Below are positions 50,429 to 63,074 of a stretch of DNA of 64,000 nt, piece by piece. The translations under genes and the position numbers were made by a program. Each line of letters starts with the position of its first letter. Position 1 is the first letter of the stretch. Where the stretch lies: positions 32,054,001 through 32,118,000 of the forward strand of contig CM060733.1 of assembly GCA_030704615.1 (NCBI GenBank). Direction: 5' to 3'. The notes under the pieces were generated by a model. The model was given only the letters and a program-made list of their open reading frames with translations. It had not been told where the DNA came from and did not search any database. The DNA is from Takakia lepidozioides. Taxonomy: Eukaryota > Plantae > Bryophyta.

Positions 50429-51054
50429 GTGAATGTCGTCAACGCCATTCAAAACATTCCATTCAATGATACTGTAAATACACCCTAATCCACGTGAATA
50501 CAAACTATCGTTTTGGAATGACACAGACATAGAAGTGAATGTCGTCAACGACATTCACTTTGGATTTGTGAATACACTCCTAATCAAGCCTAATTATTCC
50601 TCAAATGAAGCAAAATCAAAGGATGGAAATCATAAACTCGAGTAAGGAACCCTCCTGGAAAACTCAATGCACATTCATAACGAACATATCACTGAGGACC
50701 TCACAACAACACTGTATGTGAATGACGTCAACGCCATTCACAAAAATACCAACAAGGAACCAATTACTTAGCTCCCAATCCATGTAAATTCAAATTGTCG
50801 CTGGTGAATAATACAGACACAGAAGTGAATGTCGTCAACGACATTCACTTTGGATTTCTCATAACACAGCTTATCAAGCCTCCAGATTCCTCGCAAGAGG
50901 CAAAAACAATGCAGAACAACTGAATGTCTGCATTGACATTCAGCAAAATGAAGTGAGGAACCCTCACTGTAAACTCTATGGACATTACAAAAATTTACAT
51001 AAACTTTGAGGACCTCTCAACAACTCCGGATGTGAATGTCGTCAACGCCATTCA
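50429..51054. repeat. Array of five 24-bp palindromes within a roughly 300-bp tandem unit
   Basis: GTGAATGTCGT-CA-ACGACATTCAC or close variants at 50429, 50535, 50718, 50825 and 51032. Confidence 0.85.
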
Positions 51055-51088
51055 AGGACATTATCAATTCTAATCAGGGACACTATAA

Positions 51089-51720
51089 TTGGTGAATGCA
51101 CTCAGAGTCGGCACAGGCACTGCTGGATTCATGGACAACATTATGGACCTCAAACGGAGAAGTCGCTATGAATTCATTCAAAACAGTATCTTCCCTGGCC
51201 TGGGCTCATCCAAGGTTTATTTGTTCAAGATGTCCGCAGTGGGCGAAGGCAGTGGTGTGAGCATTGTCCGCCGAATGCAACCTGGAGGAGATTTGGCTAA
51301 ATGTTGGTTGATGTTTGATCACTGCAAACGGGTGAAGGGTTGGACAACCATGGCGTGCCATGTGTATGATCCAGCGTACCAACGTGTGCTCTCAATAGCA
51401 ATTTGTGATATGCAGTCGGAGGACACTGAATCCCAGATGCTCATGTGGATTTCGCTCCTGGCCGTCATGCAGCGCAATGGAATACAGAACACAAATTTTG
51501 CGGGCTTCATGGCTGATAGTGCACAGACAAATTTCAATGCAGTGCGGCGCGTGTTTGGTTCGGGGGATCCTAAGGTCCCAATGGAAAATAGGGAGCGCAC
51601 ATGCCTCTTCCATTGGAGTCAATCTCTGGCACGTCATACAAAGCGGTGCATTCGCCCTGACCTTCAGTTGCACAGAAGGCTCTGTCTCAAGTACAAAAAT
51701 GCCAAATCAATGGGAGAAGC
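51089..51720 (+). pseudogene. MULE-like transposase fragment, truncated by a LINE
   Basis: WLMFDHCKRV, FMADSAQTNFNA, CLFHWSQSL (CxxH). Confidence 0.75.
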
Positions 51721-52662
51721 ACTTACCAAGCAATCCGCATCATTCTACTCGACAACAAAGACCCTCCCTTAAATCCATACCTAAGTTATCTCTAAAATTG
51801 TTATATCATCTGTAAAAACAACTCTGTTTGGCCAAGAAGCCCAATGATTGACAAAGGACTCTGGTTACCGGCTCCACGGGAGAGGAGCAAATTCTCTCCA
51901 AGTCGGAAGACCCCAACTAGCGGTGGTCTCGTAGAGGAAATATGCCCTGGCAACAGCCAGCGCAACGCTCAGTCGTCATTATGATTCGGTGTCCATTCTT
52001 TCCCATACACTGAAGCATCCACCTATTTGACAGACGGCAAGCTTCCGTAAGTTTGCTCCGGGACTTGTGGGTCCACCATGATCCCGCTTATGACACGCAC
52101 CTTCCATTTCTAGATCTCCAGTTACTGTATTTTCCACACGCAAGTCCTGTCTCCGTCACCCATCACATGTAAGTTATTCAATACCACTTGTGTTGCTGAT
52201 CTGATTGAAGTTGTTCGGTTCTGGTACATTTGGGAGGCCTCCATTTGACAGTTTGTCGGAGATCCTTGGGACGAGCCATACACAGTACACTGTTCTGCAA
52301 ATTCCTGATTTTGGATTTGCCTCGGTTTTTGTGCCATATTGCTTCTTCGAGATTTCTCTGTGAAAGCTTGGAATCCACGACATTCTAGTTCGGAAACAGA
52401 CCCATGTCTTTGGCGGTTGAAGGAGAAGAATAAGAGTGACACAGAGTGTGCTCGTCTCCGGAACAGTGTGGTTGCAGGGGAAGTTCGAATTTGTAAGCTA
52501 GCAGGACATCATGGATCAGATATCCTTCAGTGCGCGCCAATTCCTTGCTGTCTCAGCTCCATCCGAAGTCTCTATGCTTGATGCAGGTCTCTCTCTCTCT
52601 CTCTCTCTATGAGCTTTCCGCGGACGTTATAAAGCACGATTTCATTTGATTCATTTCATTTC
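51721..52662 (+). mobile_element. 3' fragment of a LINE with (CATTT)n tail
   Basis: Homologous copies at 36660-36720 and 57250-57560; simple-repeat tail. Confidence 0.6.
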
Positions 52663-53203
52663 AGTTCTTTTCTAGACACACTGTGAGTGGGGGCTACAGC
52701 ACATTTGTGTTTACCTGTCCCGCGGGGATCATTTGCTCTTAAAGGTTAAGCATCTGTCACAGCCAATTCGCAGCCAACTGCATAGACTCTGAAGTTTTCT
52801 CCTCAGTCTCTTCACATTCCTCGAAGTCTCTTCGGTCTCGCTTCTCTGCTCTCTCCAGCTCCTACCCCTGCTCTCCTGGCTACCCAAACATTTCACCCTC
52901 TCAGAAATAGGTGCCCCCCCTGATTTACAGATTACAGAGAACAACCCACCCTTGTGCTGTGTCGTGGAAGAACTCGATGCTTCTGCAACGTAAGTGTGTA
53001 CAACATCACTACTTGAAAATGGTCAGTGTGCTAAGCAGCGCAGTACTTAACCTCATCAAATGGTATATGTCTGAAGGAATCATGAACCCTTAGACTGGGG
53101 CACCTGTTGGAATAGAGAAATCACTCTGATGTGGCTTGCAATAGCAGTAATAACTACAGTGCTTTCAGTGGGATCACTCGTAGAAGATTATACTCTTTTA
53201 CAG

Positions 53204-53726
53204 TGTTCTGAGCCCGGAGGGGGCGGTTGCAGGGGAGGGAATACGCCTGTGGGCATTTGGGATGCTGGTGACACTGAAGGCCCTTGGAAATGAGACGAAT
53301 GGTCTTTTTGCTTTACATGAAGATGTGGTGTTTCCAGGAAGAGGCCACCCAGCCCATATGCACACACTGGAAGATGAGGCCTGGTACCTGCTGGAGGGGG
53401 AGCTTTTATGGAAAGTCGGAGGCAAGGAATATCATGCAAAGGAGGGTTCCTTCATTCATCTTCCGAGCTTTATTCCCCATGCTTTTGAGAACAAATTTGA
53501 CAAGCCTGCACGCATGCTTGTCACTTTCGCTCCTGCAGGTCTTGAGAGATGGTTCTTGCAAGTTGGGAAGCCTGCCACAGATCAAGGTGTCCCCCCTCCA
53601 TTGACCAGACAGGGTGCTGAGTGGGCACTGCAATTGGAAAGGGAGTATGGAGTTGTCACTTTGGGAGATATGGAGAAGGAGACTGGGGCCCTGCCTTCTC
53701 AATATCTTGGCACTAGTCTGGATTGA
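53204..53726 (+). CDS. Cupin-domain protein (quercetin 2,3-dioxygenase-like); main exon, probable upstream exons at about 52840-52990
   Basis: HPAHMHTLEDEAWYLLEGEL and GSFIHLPSFIPHAFEN cupin motifs; AG acceptor at 53203. Confidence 0.85.
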
Positions 53727-55016
53727 AGCTTTTCAGCTTCATCCTTCACCCTTCACCCTTCATGAGGATGGCCTGCTAGCACCCTGTTCAATCATGTCTG
53801 GCAAGTCAGAGATGGGGCATAAAGGATTGAATTCATGCTGGATTGTCTTACAAGGGTTGTCTAGAATAATTCAGTTCCAGATTTATTAGGCAATTGCAGC
53901 TTGATTAGTGCTTAACCAGGGGTCCCTTGTCAGCAATGCTCAGCTTCAGATGTTCATTCTGCCCCTCCATCTTTTGGTAGGATCAACTTACCGCTTGTAA
54001 ATTGGACTCCTGGAGGACGCCATCAAATACTGATTCAGCGCAGTGGCTTGCTGGGGCGTGCCACTCTCCCCATCATGCTGCCCAACAGTGAGGGGCATGG
54101 CTGTGCTTCAAGTGAGGCTGACGGTGAGAAGACTATGGTGAGAATGTCCGGGGTCTGAAGTATGAGTTACTCAACAAATGCTTCAACACACTAGGAATCG
54201 AAGTTGAGGGTCCCTACTCCCCTGTTTGGCAGGATGAGTGATGTAAACCGACGGACAAACGGACAAAATGAATTGCTGTGATGGGTCACTCAAATTGAAA
54301 GATCACCTGTTGCTGCATGATAAACATGCTTTTGGGAACAGTGATCCAGTTGATGAAATTCCTGCATTGTTGACAAGGATGATACTGCGCCCTGTTTGCT
54401 CTCTAACATATGTATCCAAGGTCACATTCAAGTTCAGAGTTGATCAGCATTCATGGTTTGCTCCATGCTGATCTGACCGTATGCTTTAGAGATAAGTCCA
54501 GAATTACAAAGCTGCAGTTGCATTTGATGGTAGGACTGTGCACCTTAATATAGGTTCTTGATGGTGCTTTTCCCCAAGCTATGCTGCCCTAGTTCCAGTT
54601 TGAAGTCTTCAAAGCATCAGGGAAATGCTTTCAGCAATGGTACTCCTTGGCACTGCTAATGTGTTTGCAACATTACAGTACAACTACTTGGTAAGAGGTA
54701 AACCCCCTTTGTGGGTGTCCACAGCAACAGAGTGACAACCTTGTAAAGCCAGAAAGCTCTTGATTTTCTCTCTCTCAATGAAAAACGATCAACATGAGCG
54801 GGTGATCCTGGGAGTAGGTGAACCCAATACAGACATACACATTATTGGACCTTGAAAACTGTCTGACAATGGGAGTAGGTGGGAAGACAGAAGAGCAAAG
54901 CGTGGCCCAGACAGGTAGCTGCTACCTTTTCTGTGTCTCATTTACATGGTGAGAGCCTTCCTCATGTATACCAGTCAACAGACCAGGCCAGAGTGTTACA
55001 ATAATCTCACCATACC

Positions 55017-57996
55017 TCACTTGCGAGGGCCTCTCTTATGCAAATCAGGAAGCAAAACAGAGGCAGTAGGTTGGAATGGCAAGCGAAAACGGATTTTTTT
55101 GCCTATCCAGCTAGTGAGGCGGGAGAGAGTGATCAAGTTGCGAATCAATGAGCGGGCCTGCACTAGAGCTTCACGGGTTCTTCGTGCTGCGCGTGCCACC
55201 AGTGGCCTTGCTGCCGCCACCCGACTGCTGGTTCTCTCCTGCCACACTGACCGACCATTAAACAATTCGAGAAACTTTCAATCGAAACGGAAAAATAATG
55301 ATTACAGCCTTCATTTGACTTTTAAGTCATTCACATTCTGAGGGATGCTGGAAATCTATTCCAACAAAGGCCATTGCCAATGTTGCAATCATCATCAATC
55401 CACTGGATTTGTAACCAGTACACTAATCAGGGTTAGATGAGAACTTTCAGATCAGCAATAATTCCCACCACATGTAACTGGATCTGACCAGTGGATGAGT
55501 AGTGAATGTGACATTCATTGAGATAATACCATGGTACTTACAGAACATCCATAATGAGCCAAGTATTACTCAACCATAAGCAGCTTCCTCAAGGTTCTCA
55601 ATCACAATTCAGTTTTAGGGGCCTACAATTCAGTTTTGTTTACGTTTTAGAGATAACTAGTGCTGTTTTGTGAAGAAACACATACATTTGTCCACATTGC
55701 AATCTCAAATTTCTGTTGATGGGCATGTCACTATCCCACAGTTCCAGGACATGACCATAGCTCTACTTGACCTCATTCTAAGCTAATCTCAGGCCCTCCA
55801 AATTCAAGGAAACAACTTGATACAGAGAAGGAAGAACACAAAACATCCTAGGAGTATCATGGTACTAACCTGTGGTAACAACATTGCCCATTTGACGCAT
55901 ACCATCCTCAGCAACTGTAAGGGCATAGGCAGAGCTTCTGACTCCCTTGGAAATCTCCTGCCTGTAATTTGGTCAAATAGGATTTTATTACTACTGACCA
56001 TGTCGTAGTACTCTGTCAGAAGTTCAGGACCTTGGCAGCAATGCTTTGGTTCAAATGAGCCCAAGTAAGTAGCTGAGCCACAAATCCAGGCTGCTAACAG
56101 CTAATGTTGACAAACTTATTACTACATTTCTTGGGAAATTATGACAACCGCCGAGAAGACACGTATGCAGCCCTCAGACTAATCTGAGGCCGTACAAAAT
56201 TCAGTCTGCCACCAATACAGGCCAGTATTACAAGAGAGTGGTTCACCCCATTCTGGTGGAACACATTCTTCTGCTGGCATGTCTGACATCTTTTCTCTCT
56301 CCCGGCCACCTCTGTACTATGGATAGATGGGACAAGCGATTGCCTTTACCACTGCAAAAGCACACAGTTGACATTCTATTGCTTGATGGCGCGTCACCTC
56401 AGCTGATCGATACTAGTGACCAGTTAATGAAAGTCACTACCCTGCATAGACAAATGGAGAAGACATACCCCAAGTCACTGAGCTCCATGGTGAGATCACT
56501 GATCTCCATTCCTGAAAGTCTTACAGCAGCCATGGTACCTGGAAGCTCCTCCCTTGCAGCATCTGCTAGTTTCTCGAAAGCCTGAGCTGCCCTTTTCAAG
56601 GCCTGGTATGACACATCAAGACAATGATCAGTACTCAAAGACTTGTCTGATTGAAGACCTAGCTGTGGGTACCAAACCAATGTCTGTAATGTGAGGGATG
56701 AGAAGTGGTTGCTGCACTACCATCCTCATTAAATGAAGGCATGAGAATATACATTGCCACTTGATAGAACTAAGATCCTTGTTGATCTACGGCTTTCCTC
56801 TCCATTGCTGCAGTCATGAAGAGGAAACAAGGTAACCTCCATGGCACTTCTGTAGCAGACATCAAAGTTGTACTTACTATGCCTAATACCTATCGCCCTC
56901 ATTCATGCTTCGAAGTTCCTGAAAGGAATTGAAGGAAGAGTTCATACTAGTAAGCTTGGAATTGCTGCCAGAAGTAAACCAGCTAAAAATGCTGTTGCCT
57001 GCACACACATGGTCCAACAGACCAACATTGAGCAATTAATTGCAAAACTGCTTGGTTCAATGGAAGGGTGAAACACTGCTTATCTAGAAGGAGTACCATT
57101 GCAGCAGCAGACTGTCGAAGGTATGAGATTTTTGAAAATTGATTTATTGAGCTGCAGGATGCCAGCCTGAGGAAGGAGAAGCTATGAACAAAATCTCTGT
57201 GTCTACTTCACCAGTAGCTGCATTTACAACACAGGCATTGCTCTGAGTAGAGAGTCGTGCTAACCAAACTTTTACAGACAAAATCTCGAAGAAGCAATAT
57301 GACCAAAAGCCAAGGAAAATCCAGAGCCAGTAATTACAGGACAGTGTATGATGGCTCGTCCCAAGATCTCAGAGAAACGTCCCAATGGGAGACAGATGGC
57401 CTCCCAAAGAATTCACGACATAGAAACATGGAATCTGTAAAATCTCAAGACGTTTTGCAGAATGCTTACAGCCTCATGATAATTCATGCACAGGTGTTAG
57501 AGGTATTAGGTGTCAATCTGTCTTCGAGAAAGGAGTGGGTGGGGGGATCCTCCCTCACCACGCAAGAGATGAAGCCCATAAAAACCAGGCGTTGATCTGC
57601 AGGATTCCAATCCTTAAGGGACGAGGGAGGCAGAGACGGGGTGCCTACACTCGATGTCAAACCCTCTTCCTTCGATCCCAGTGCGGGCTCAGATTCCATA
57701 GCCATTCTCCCTGCTCCAACTCCTAACACTTGAGATCCGTCCGTGTCCTTTGTCCCTTTTTCACTGTTTGAGGAAACCCTGCCAACTAGGAGGCGCCGCG
57801 GCTTTGCAGAACTGGATGTATGCAGACACACTTTCCGGACGACATGATGCCCGGACTTGAGGAGAAACTGCTGTGACAGCCTATCTACTTTTCTCGTGTC
57901 TAAATGAGTAACATGTGAACGAGATAGATGCATTTGCAAATTCGCTGGATAGACAGCACGGCCAGCCATCCTTGAACATACATACTGAGTCTGCAT
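55017..57996 (-). CDS. Putative plastid-targeted membrane protein (REELPxTMAAVRLSGMEISDLT family), about 5 exons
   Basis: Transit-peptide-like N-terminus, TM segment AFLAGLLLAAIPSLL, conserved EKLADAAREELPGTMAAVRLSGMEISDLTMELSDLGQEISKGVRSS. Confidence 0.8.
57250..57560 (-). mobile_element. Diverged LINE fragment in intron 1
   Basis: Reverse complement aligns by eye with 52230-52370. Confidence 0.55.
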
Positions 57997-59486
57997 CTCG
58001 TCCTTACAAGAAAAGAACTCTTTGATACAGAACTCAGAATCAAGTCTGAAGATGCCTACATCATCCTATGCTGATGAGGAAGACATAATTGAATCCTACA
58101 AGATGCCACTTCGGCCATTGGAGACCACCAGCGGGTCTGGCAACGAGCTGGAATCTGAAGAGAATCGAGCTTCTGTCAACATTGCCGTGTTACCATCGTT
58201 TCAAGCAGCATTGAATCACCACAAAATGTCAATGAAGCTCATGCGTCATAGCAAAGACAACAACGATTTATGGAAGCCAAATCAAGCTCCTTCTCCGCAT
58301 TGAGAAGATACTGAGTTTTGAGCAACCAGGAACGGCAAAATGCTCAAAACAATCATATATCCTCATTGAAAGCCCGATACAGATACCATCACTGCAGGCA
58401 CCGCAGTCACACCGATTATTGTCAGAGAATCTACACGGCGGGCACATTCTTCCGAGGAAGACAACAACGAGGTGTCTGAGGGGAGATCGGGTGAAATATC
58501 TACCAAGGGTTAAATGACCTCATCTTTTGCACATGGAACAAATCTTTTATCGTGGAACGGTTGTGATCTGCTTAGCTCTGAATCTGAAAATGTCCATGCC
58601 TCTTGTTTTCTCCGCGTGGTTGTGACTACCCAGCTCACGATCTAACTACTCTACGGGCTCCCCGCTTCCAGAAAACTGGACAAACTTCTTTCTTCTCGTC
58701 ATGAATCTCTTGCTCGTTTCTTGATTACAAGCAGATCGGATTAGCGTTTTGAGGATGTTCAGAGTGGTATTTGTCTCTGAATGTTTCCCTTGAAAGGACC
58801 CTGAATTCGGTGCCTGTTTCCTGTAAACAACTAGAGAGAGAGAGAGAGCTCCCATCTTAAGATCTCTTCTTCCAATTCGTTTTCGAAGTCCTTAGAGATT
58901 TTGGCAGCGCATGCCATAAGTGTTGATATATCAACAAAGGAGAAGATTCGAAGCTGGCAGGTAACAGGAAGAGGGAGGGAAACTCCGAGACCCGAGTTGA
59001 AGAGAGAGAGGTCATCGGGAATATATCGTACTGTCTGTTATAGAGTTTGTTTTGTAAGCTCGTAGCAGGACATGCGGTAGTTGTTGATATCTTATCTAAG
59101 GAGAAGTAAAGGAAACGCCATAAAAGAGTCAATTTGAAGGTCACTGAAAGGAGGAGGACCCGGTTGATATGAAAGGCATTCGCTAAAAAGGGGAACGAAG
59201 AAAAGATCAATAGCTACGGGACATATAGTGCCCAGGAAGATAAAGGCTTTAGAGGTGGAAATTTCCATGAACTCACCAGCTTCCCATAGCATTTGAGCCC
59301 TTGAGCAAAACATTTGGATCAAGGCCTATTCCAGGCCTGCTGGGGAATCTCATTTAGCGTGCTTATTAGCGCTCCTGGAAACTAAGCATAACAAGTATTG
59401 CTGCGAGGCGCAGTGAGATTTGAGGAGTTGAGAAGATGCTGCCTGTGAGGCAGAGCATCAATAACCGCCATAAACAGAAGGCTTCC

Positions 59487-61936
59487 ATGAAGAATGTTCC
59501 GGTAAGGAATTGCCTGAAACCCACCTTCGTTTTAATTCATAACGAAGTCTTTTCTCACTTTTAGCATGTTTCTTTCTCAAGAATTCCACAACACAATGTT
59601 AGAGAGGCATCTTTGCAATTTTTCCATCCATGGAGTAGGCAATCTTACTTTTCCCGATTTGACCAAGGAGCTGGTGGAAGCTACAATGTTGACCTCGTTT
59701 TCAACATGAAAGATGCCGCCAAATGACCGAATTGAAGTATGGAAATTGTAACCGTGGGCCGAGTCAGTGAAACAAGGGATGGGACTAAGAGATCAAGAGT
59801 ACTTCCTCCTTCCACATTACATGAAATATCACAGGGACTCCTACTTAGTCAACCAATCCAATGTCATAGTGAGATAGTTAGACACCTCGCTAGAAATTGC
59901 AAGACACGAATTCTTAGTACATAAGGTGAACTACAGCCACATAAATGGTAAATGTAGAGCCCCGGGAAACTCTTGATTGATGTTGGTGCTATGACATCCT
60001 GCACAAGGAACCAGAACATGGAGAAGGAGTTTGACGAGCAGCGCAGAAGTCTACGAGTGAGGCAGGAAATATATGAAAACAGAAAAGAAGGGATCCGGTT
60101 GTATGTATCTCCCACGCGCGAGGACACTTATCGCCTTCAGTATGTTCTCAATTTCTTTGGATACTAAACCTTGTCCTTGAGCAAGTTTGTTTAAGCAGCA
60201 GTTTTCAACCAAAGAGGACTGCTGGGTCTCCGGCAGTGGCCGAAGCTCCTGAAGGACTCGGGGCAACGTTCGAAAGCCGTGTTTCAGATAAGTTCACAAT
60301 AACCTTGGGAAAGAATGCCACGAGGCTAAACATCAAAGGGAGAACCAAGCCACCTATCCAGACCGCAGGTACACTGACAAGCATATAACAAAGGACCTTG
60401 TCAGAAAAGAGAAACATGTAAGATAAATCCTTTTCTAAAACCGTCCTGGCTCAATTACATCAAAGGAATGTTAGTTCTGTTTTTCTTTTATCTGGTCTTC
60501 TCTCTCACATTTTCTCTTTTCTGGTTTGTGAAAGTAAAATCTGCGTCACGACCTTGCAGAGCAAAGGCCTTCTGCAGTCCATCGCCATCCCTCTTCCAAT
60601 GGAATCCAATGCCAACTTCGCTTGTGGAGCACCCGCCCACCACCCAACCATACTTTCGAAGTTCGAATCGCTTGTTTTAATATCTGGAAGGTTCTTTCAT
60701 TCCCAGCTTTCTGTGAGCTAGTTGATTTTCAGAGATCGTAAAATGGGGGAAGTGTTGTGTGCAAAGGGCGGAGCTGAAGAGGTCAATAGAGGATCAGCTG
60801 AGGAGGAAAGAGGACGACCGGAAAGCTAGAGAGATGGATGAACACAACCTCTTTACTTACAATGACTACTTCCGCAGGTTCTTCACTTCCATCTCAAGCC
60901 GACCCTTTTTCTTGGTAGATAGAAAAGAGCCACATGTAAGGAGCTAGCAAGGTGGAAGGAGATATGGTTACAATTCCTGCTTTCTTTGCAGACAAATGGT
61001 CTCGGTAAGTCGTGACATTCCCTAGACCTTGAGGGAGACTTTCTACTCGAGCAATAGCAGGCTTCACTTTTTTGGGCTGAAGTTGTTGAAAATCCCGTTG
61101 ACTCCCAAGTACACAGAGGGGCCTTGGCCAGGTCGGTAAAATTTATCGGTTTGATGACAGCATAGTTACAATTCCAGAATCATCAACGGCCTCTGGGAAC
61201 CAGGTAGGAGAAGGAAGAGGGTGTTGTCTTAGCATTAGGCTTCGTCAGAAGGTTTGTTATCCTATATGAAATTTGATAGATGCTGAATAAGATGGCTGAC
61301 ATACCAACCGTGGTGAATTGCAGGTTCCTTGACCCATATAATCCCGATGTAACAGTACACCGAATGCAGTCAAAGAGAGACTACTTGAAACAGCTTATGG
61401 AGGATAACAAACGGGTCTGTCTCGTTTTCCTGGGCCTCTCTCTCATTGCTTTGTATATCACCTATTGATACCCTCGACTTGAATTTACATTGCTTTGGAA
61501 GTGGATGTAGATTCGGTGTTGGGTCATGAGTTTATCTCTTTGGAGCTCTCTGTGTACTAACCTGCCCCCAGCTCTCTCTGGCCCCTCTTCCCCTTCTCTG
61601 GTCCACTGCATCTATGGCTTTGATTGCCGCCAAGATATGGCAGGCAAATTCCTGAAGGCACGTGTACTCCTGGTCACTTACCTTTGTAATAGTTTCACCT
61701 TAATCTGATCATCCAGAGCTTTTTTCCTAGCTTGACAAGGTTATAAATGAGTGACGTGAGGGAGAATTTTGTAAATTACCGAAGTGAGGGCATGCTTTGG
61801 TGGCTGGATCTTTTGGTTGGTGTAGACTGAAGTGCTCAGAAAGGAGACGGAGAGAGAAGAAAAACTGATGGAAATCAAAAGGGATCATAATCGTGCGTCC
61901 ACACCTTGCGCTTGGAATCGTCGACATTATTTATGA
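59487..61936 (+). CDS. Uncharacterised multi-exon coiled-coil protein; 5' structure uncertain
   Basis: Exon-like segments EKEFDEQRRSLR, AELKRSIEDQLRRKEDDRK, FLDPYNP..YLKQLMEDNKR|TEVLRKE..WNRRHYL*. Confidence 0.5.
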
Positions 61937-63074
61937 TGGACAATGGTGGCAAAAGTAGCTGTTATAAGTCAGCTTGGTAAGAAGTTGCCTATTGTGCCAT
62001 AGGAAGCTACCTGTGGGGGCAGAGGGCTTGGGTAGGGGGGGGGGCCTTTCCAGTGCAAGATACAAGGTGCTTATTCTGGGTTATGTGTATAAGATGGTTT
62101 GAAAATGTTATGTTTGAGGAAGATGGTTTGTCAAATTCCAAATGGAGTGTTTGCAAAGATTACAGAGGATTTTTTGGCACAAGCACACCAGTTCACAGAT
62201 GAAAAGTCTGTGGGGAAATGACCTCCCTAATGTAAGCTCTTAGGGCTACATGCCTCCTCCAAATGTGGGTGTAGATGTACATTGTTGGCTTGGCCTGTCC
62301 ACAAGAAATGGTTGGCTGGCACCATCATAACGGACACTTCTGATGCTAACATATTCCAGGGTCGACGCAGGTGTGCAGGGTTCTCCATGTCAGTGGCTGT
62401 TTCAGTCTTACCCTCTTCAGTGTACAACATGCCTGGATTGTGTTGCAAAATCTCCTAGCTTTCATTTGTCCCAGGTTCTATTGCAGATATCATCCTTGTT
62501 ACTACTCTCTTTCGAGAAGACACCAGTTTAAACTCAGTTACTCGTGTCAGACTTTCCATACTCATTTTTGAGGCACTGACCAGCAGGCCAGGGTTTGCAT
62601 TGAGTTCTACAGGGGATAGGTACTTGCAATACATTGTTTTCCCGGATAATTTTTAATCTAAGATATTTGGTTTTCCAAGATCTCTAAACCATTGAAATGT
62701 CACGTCTCACAATGAGACTCTTGTTGAAAGTGCTTGAAGACTTGCAACATACATCATGCTCAATTGCAAGCCAGCGTCCTGCAAAGAGACAGGAAGAATC
62801 CACACTGGGAAGACTACCGTTTAGCCTTCAAGAAAGATTGGCAGAGAAAACAAGAACTTGGGATTTGAGAAGGCTAGTCTTCTACCTGTGTATCCGACAT
62901 TGTGCTACAAAAGTTATTTCTGTCGATACCCCACCCAAATCCCTGCGGCAGAACTACGAGCTCGTACCTTCTCACTGTTTTATGAGTGAGATCCACTCGA
63001 GGGGGCAAATCAGGTTGTGTTTGATTGCATTGTTGCACCGAAATATGGATGAGTCATCATTCACCATGTGTACG

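Noticed and set aside
50429-51054. CRISPR-like array of palindromic repeats
   Set aside because: Spacers are long, unequal and homologous to each other; eukaryotic context with no cas genes
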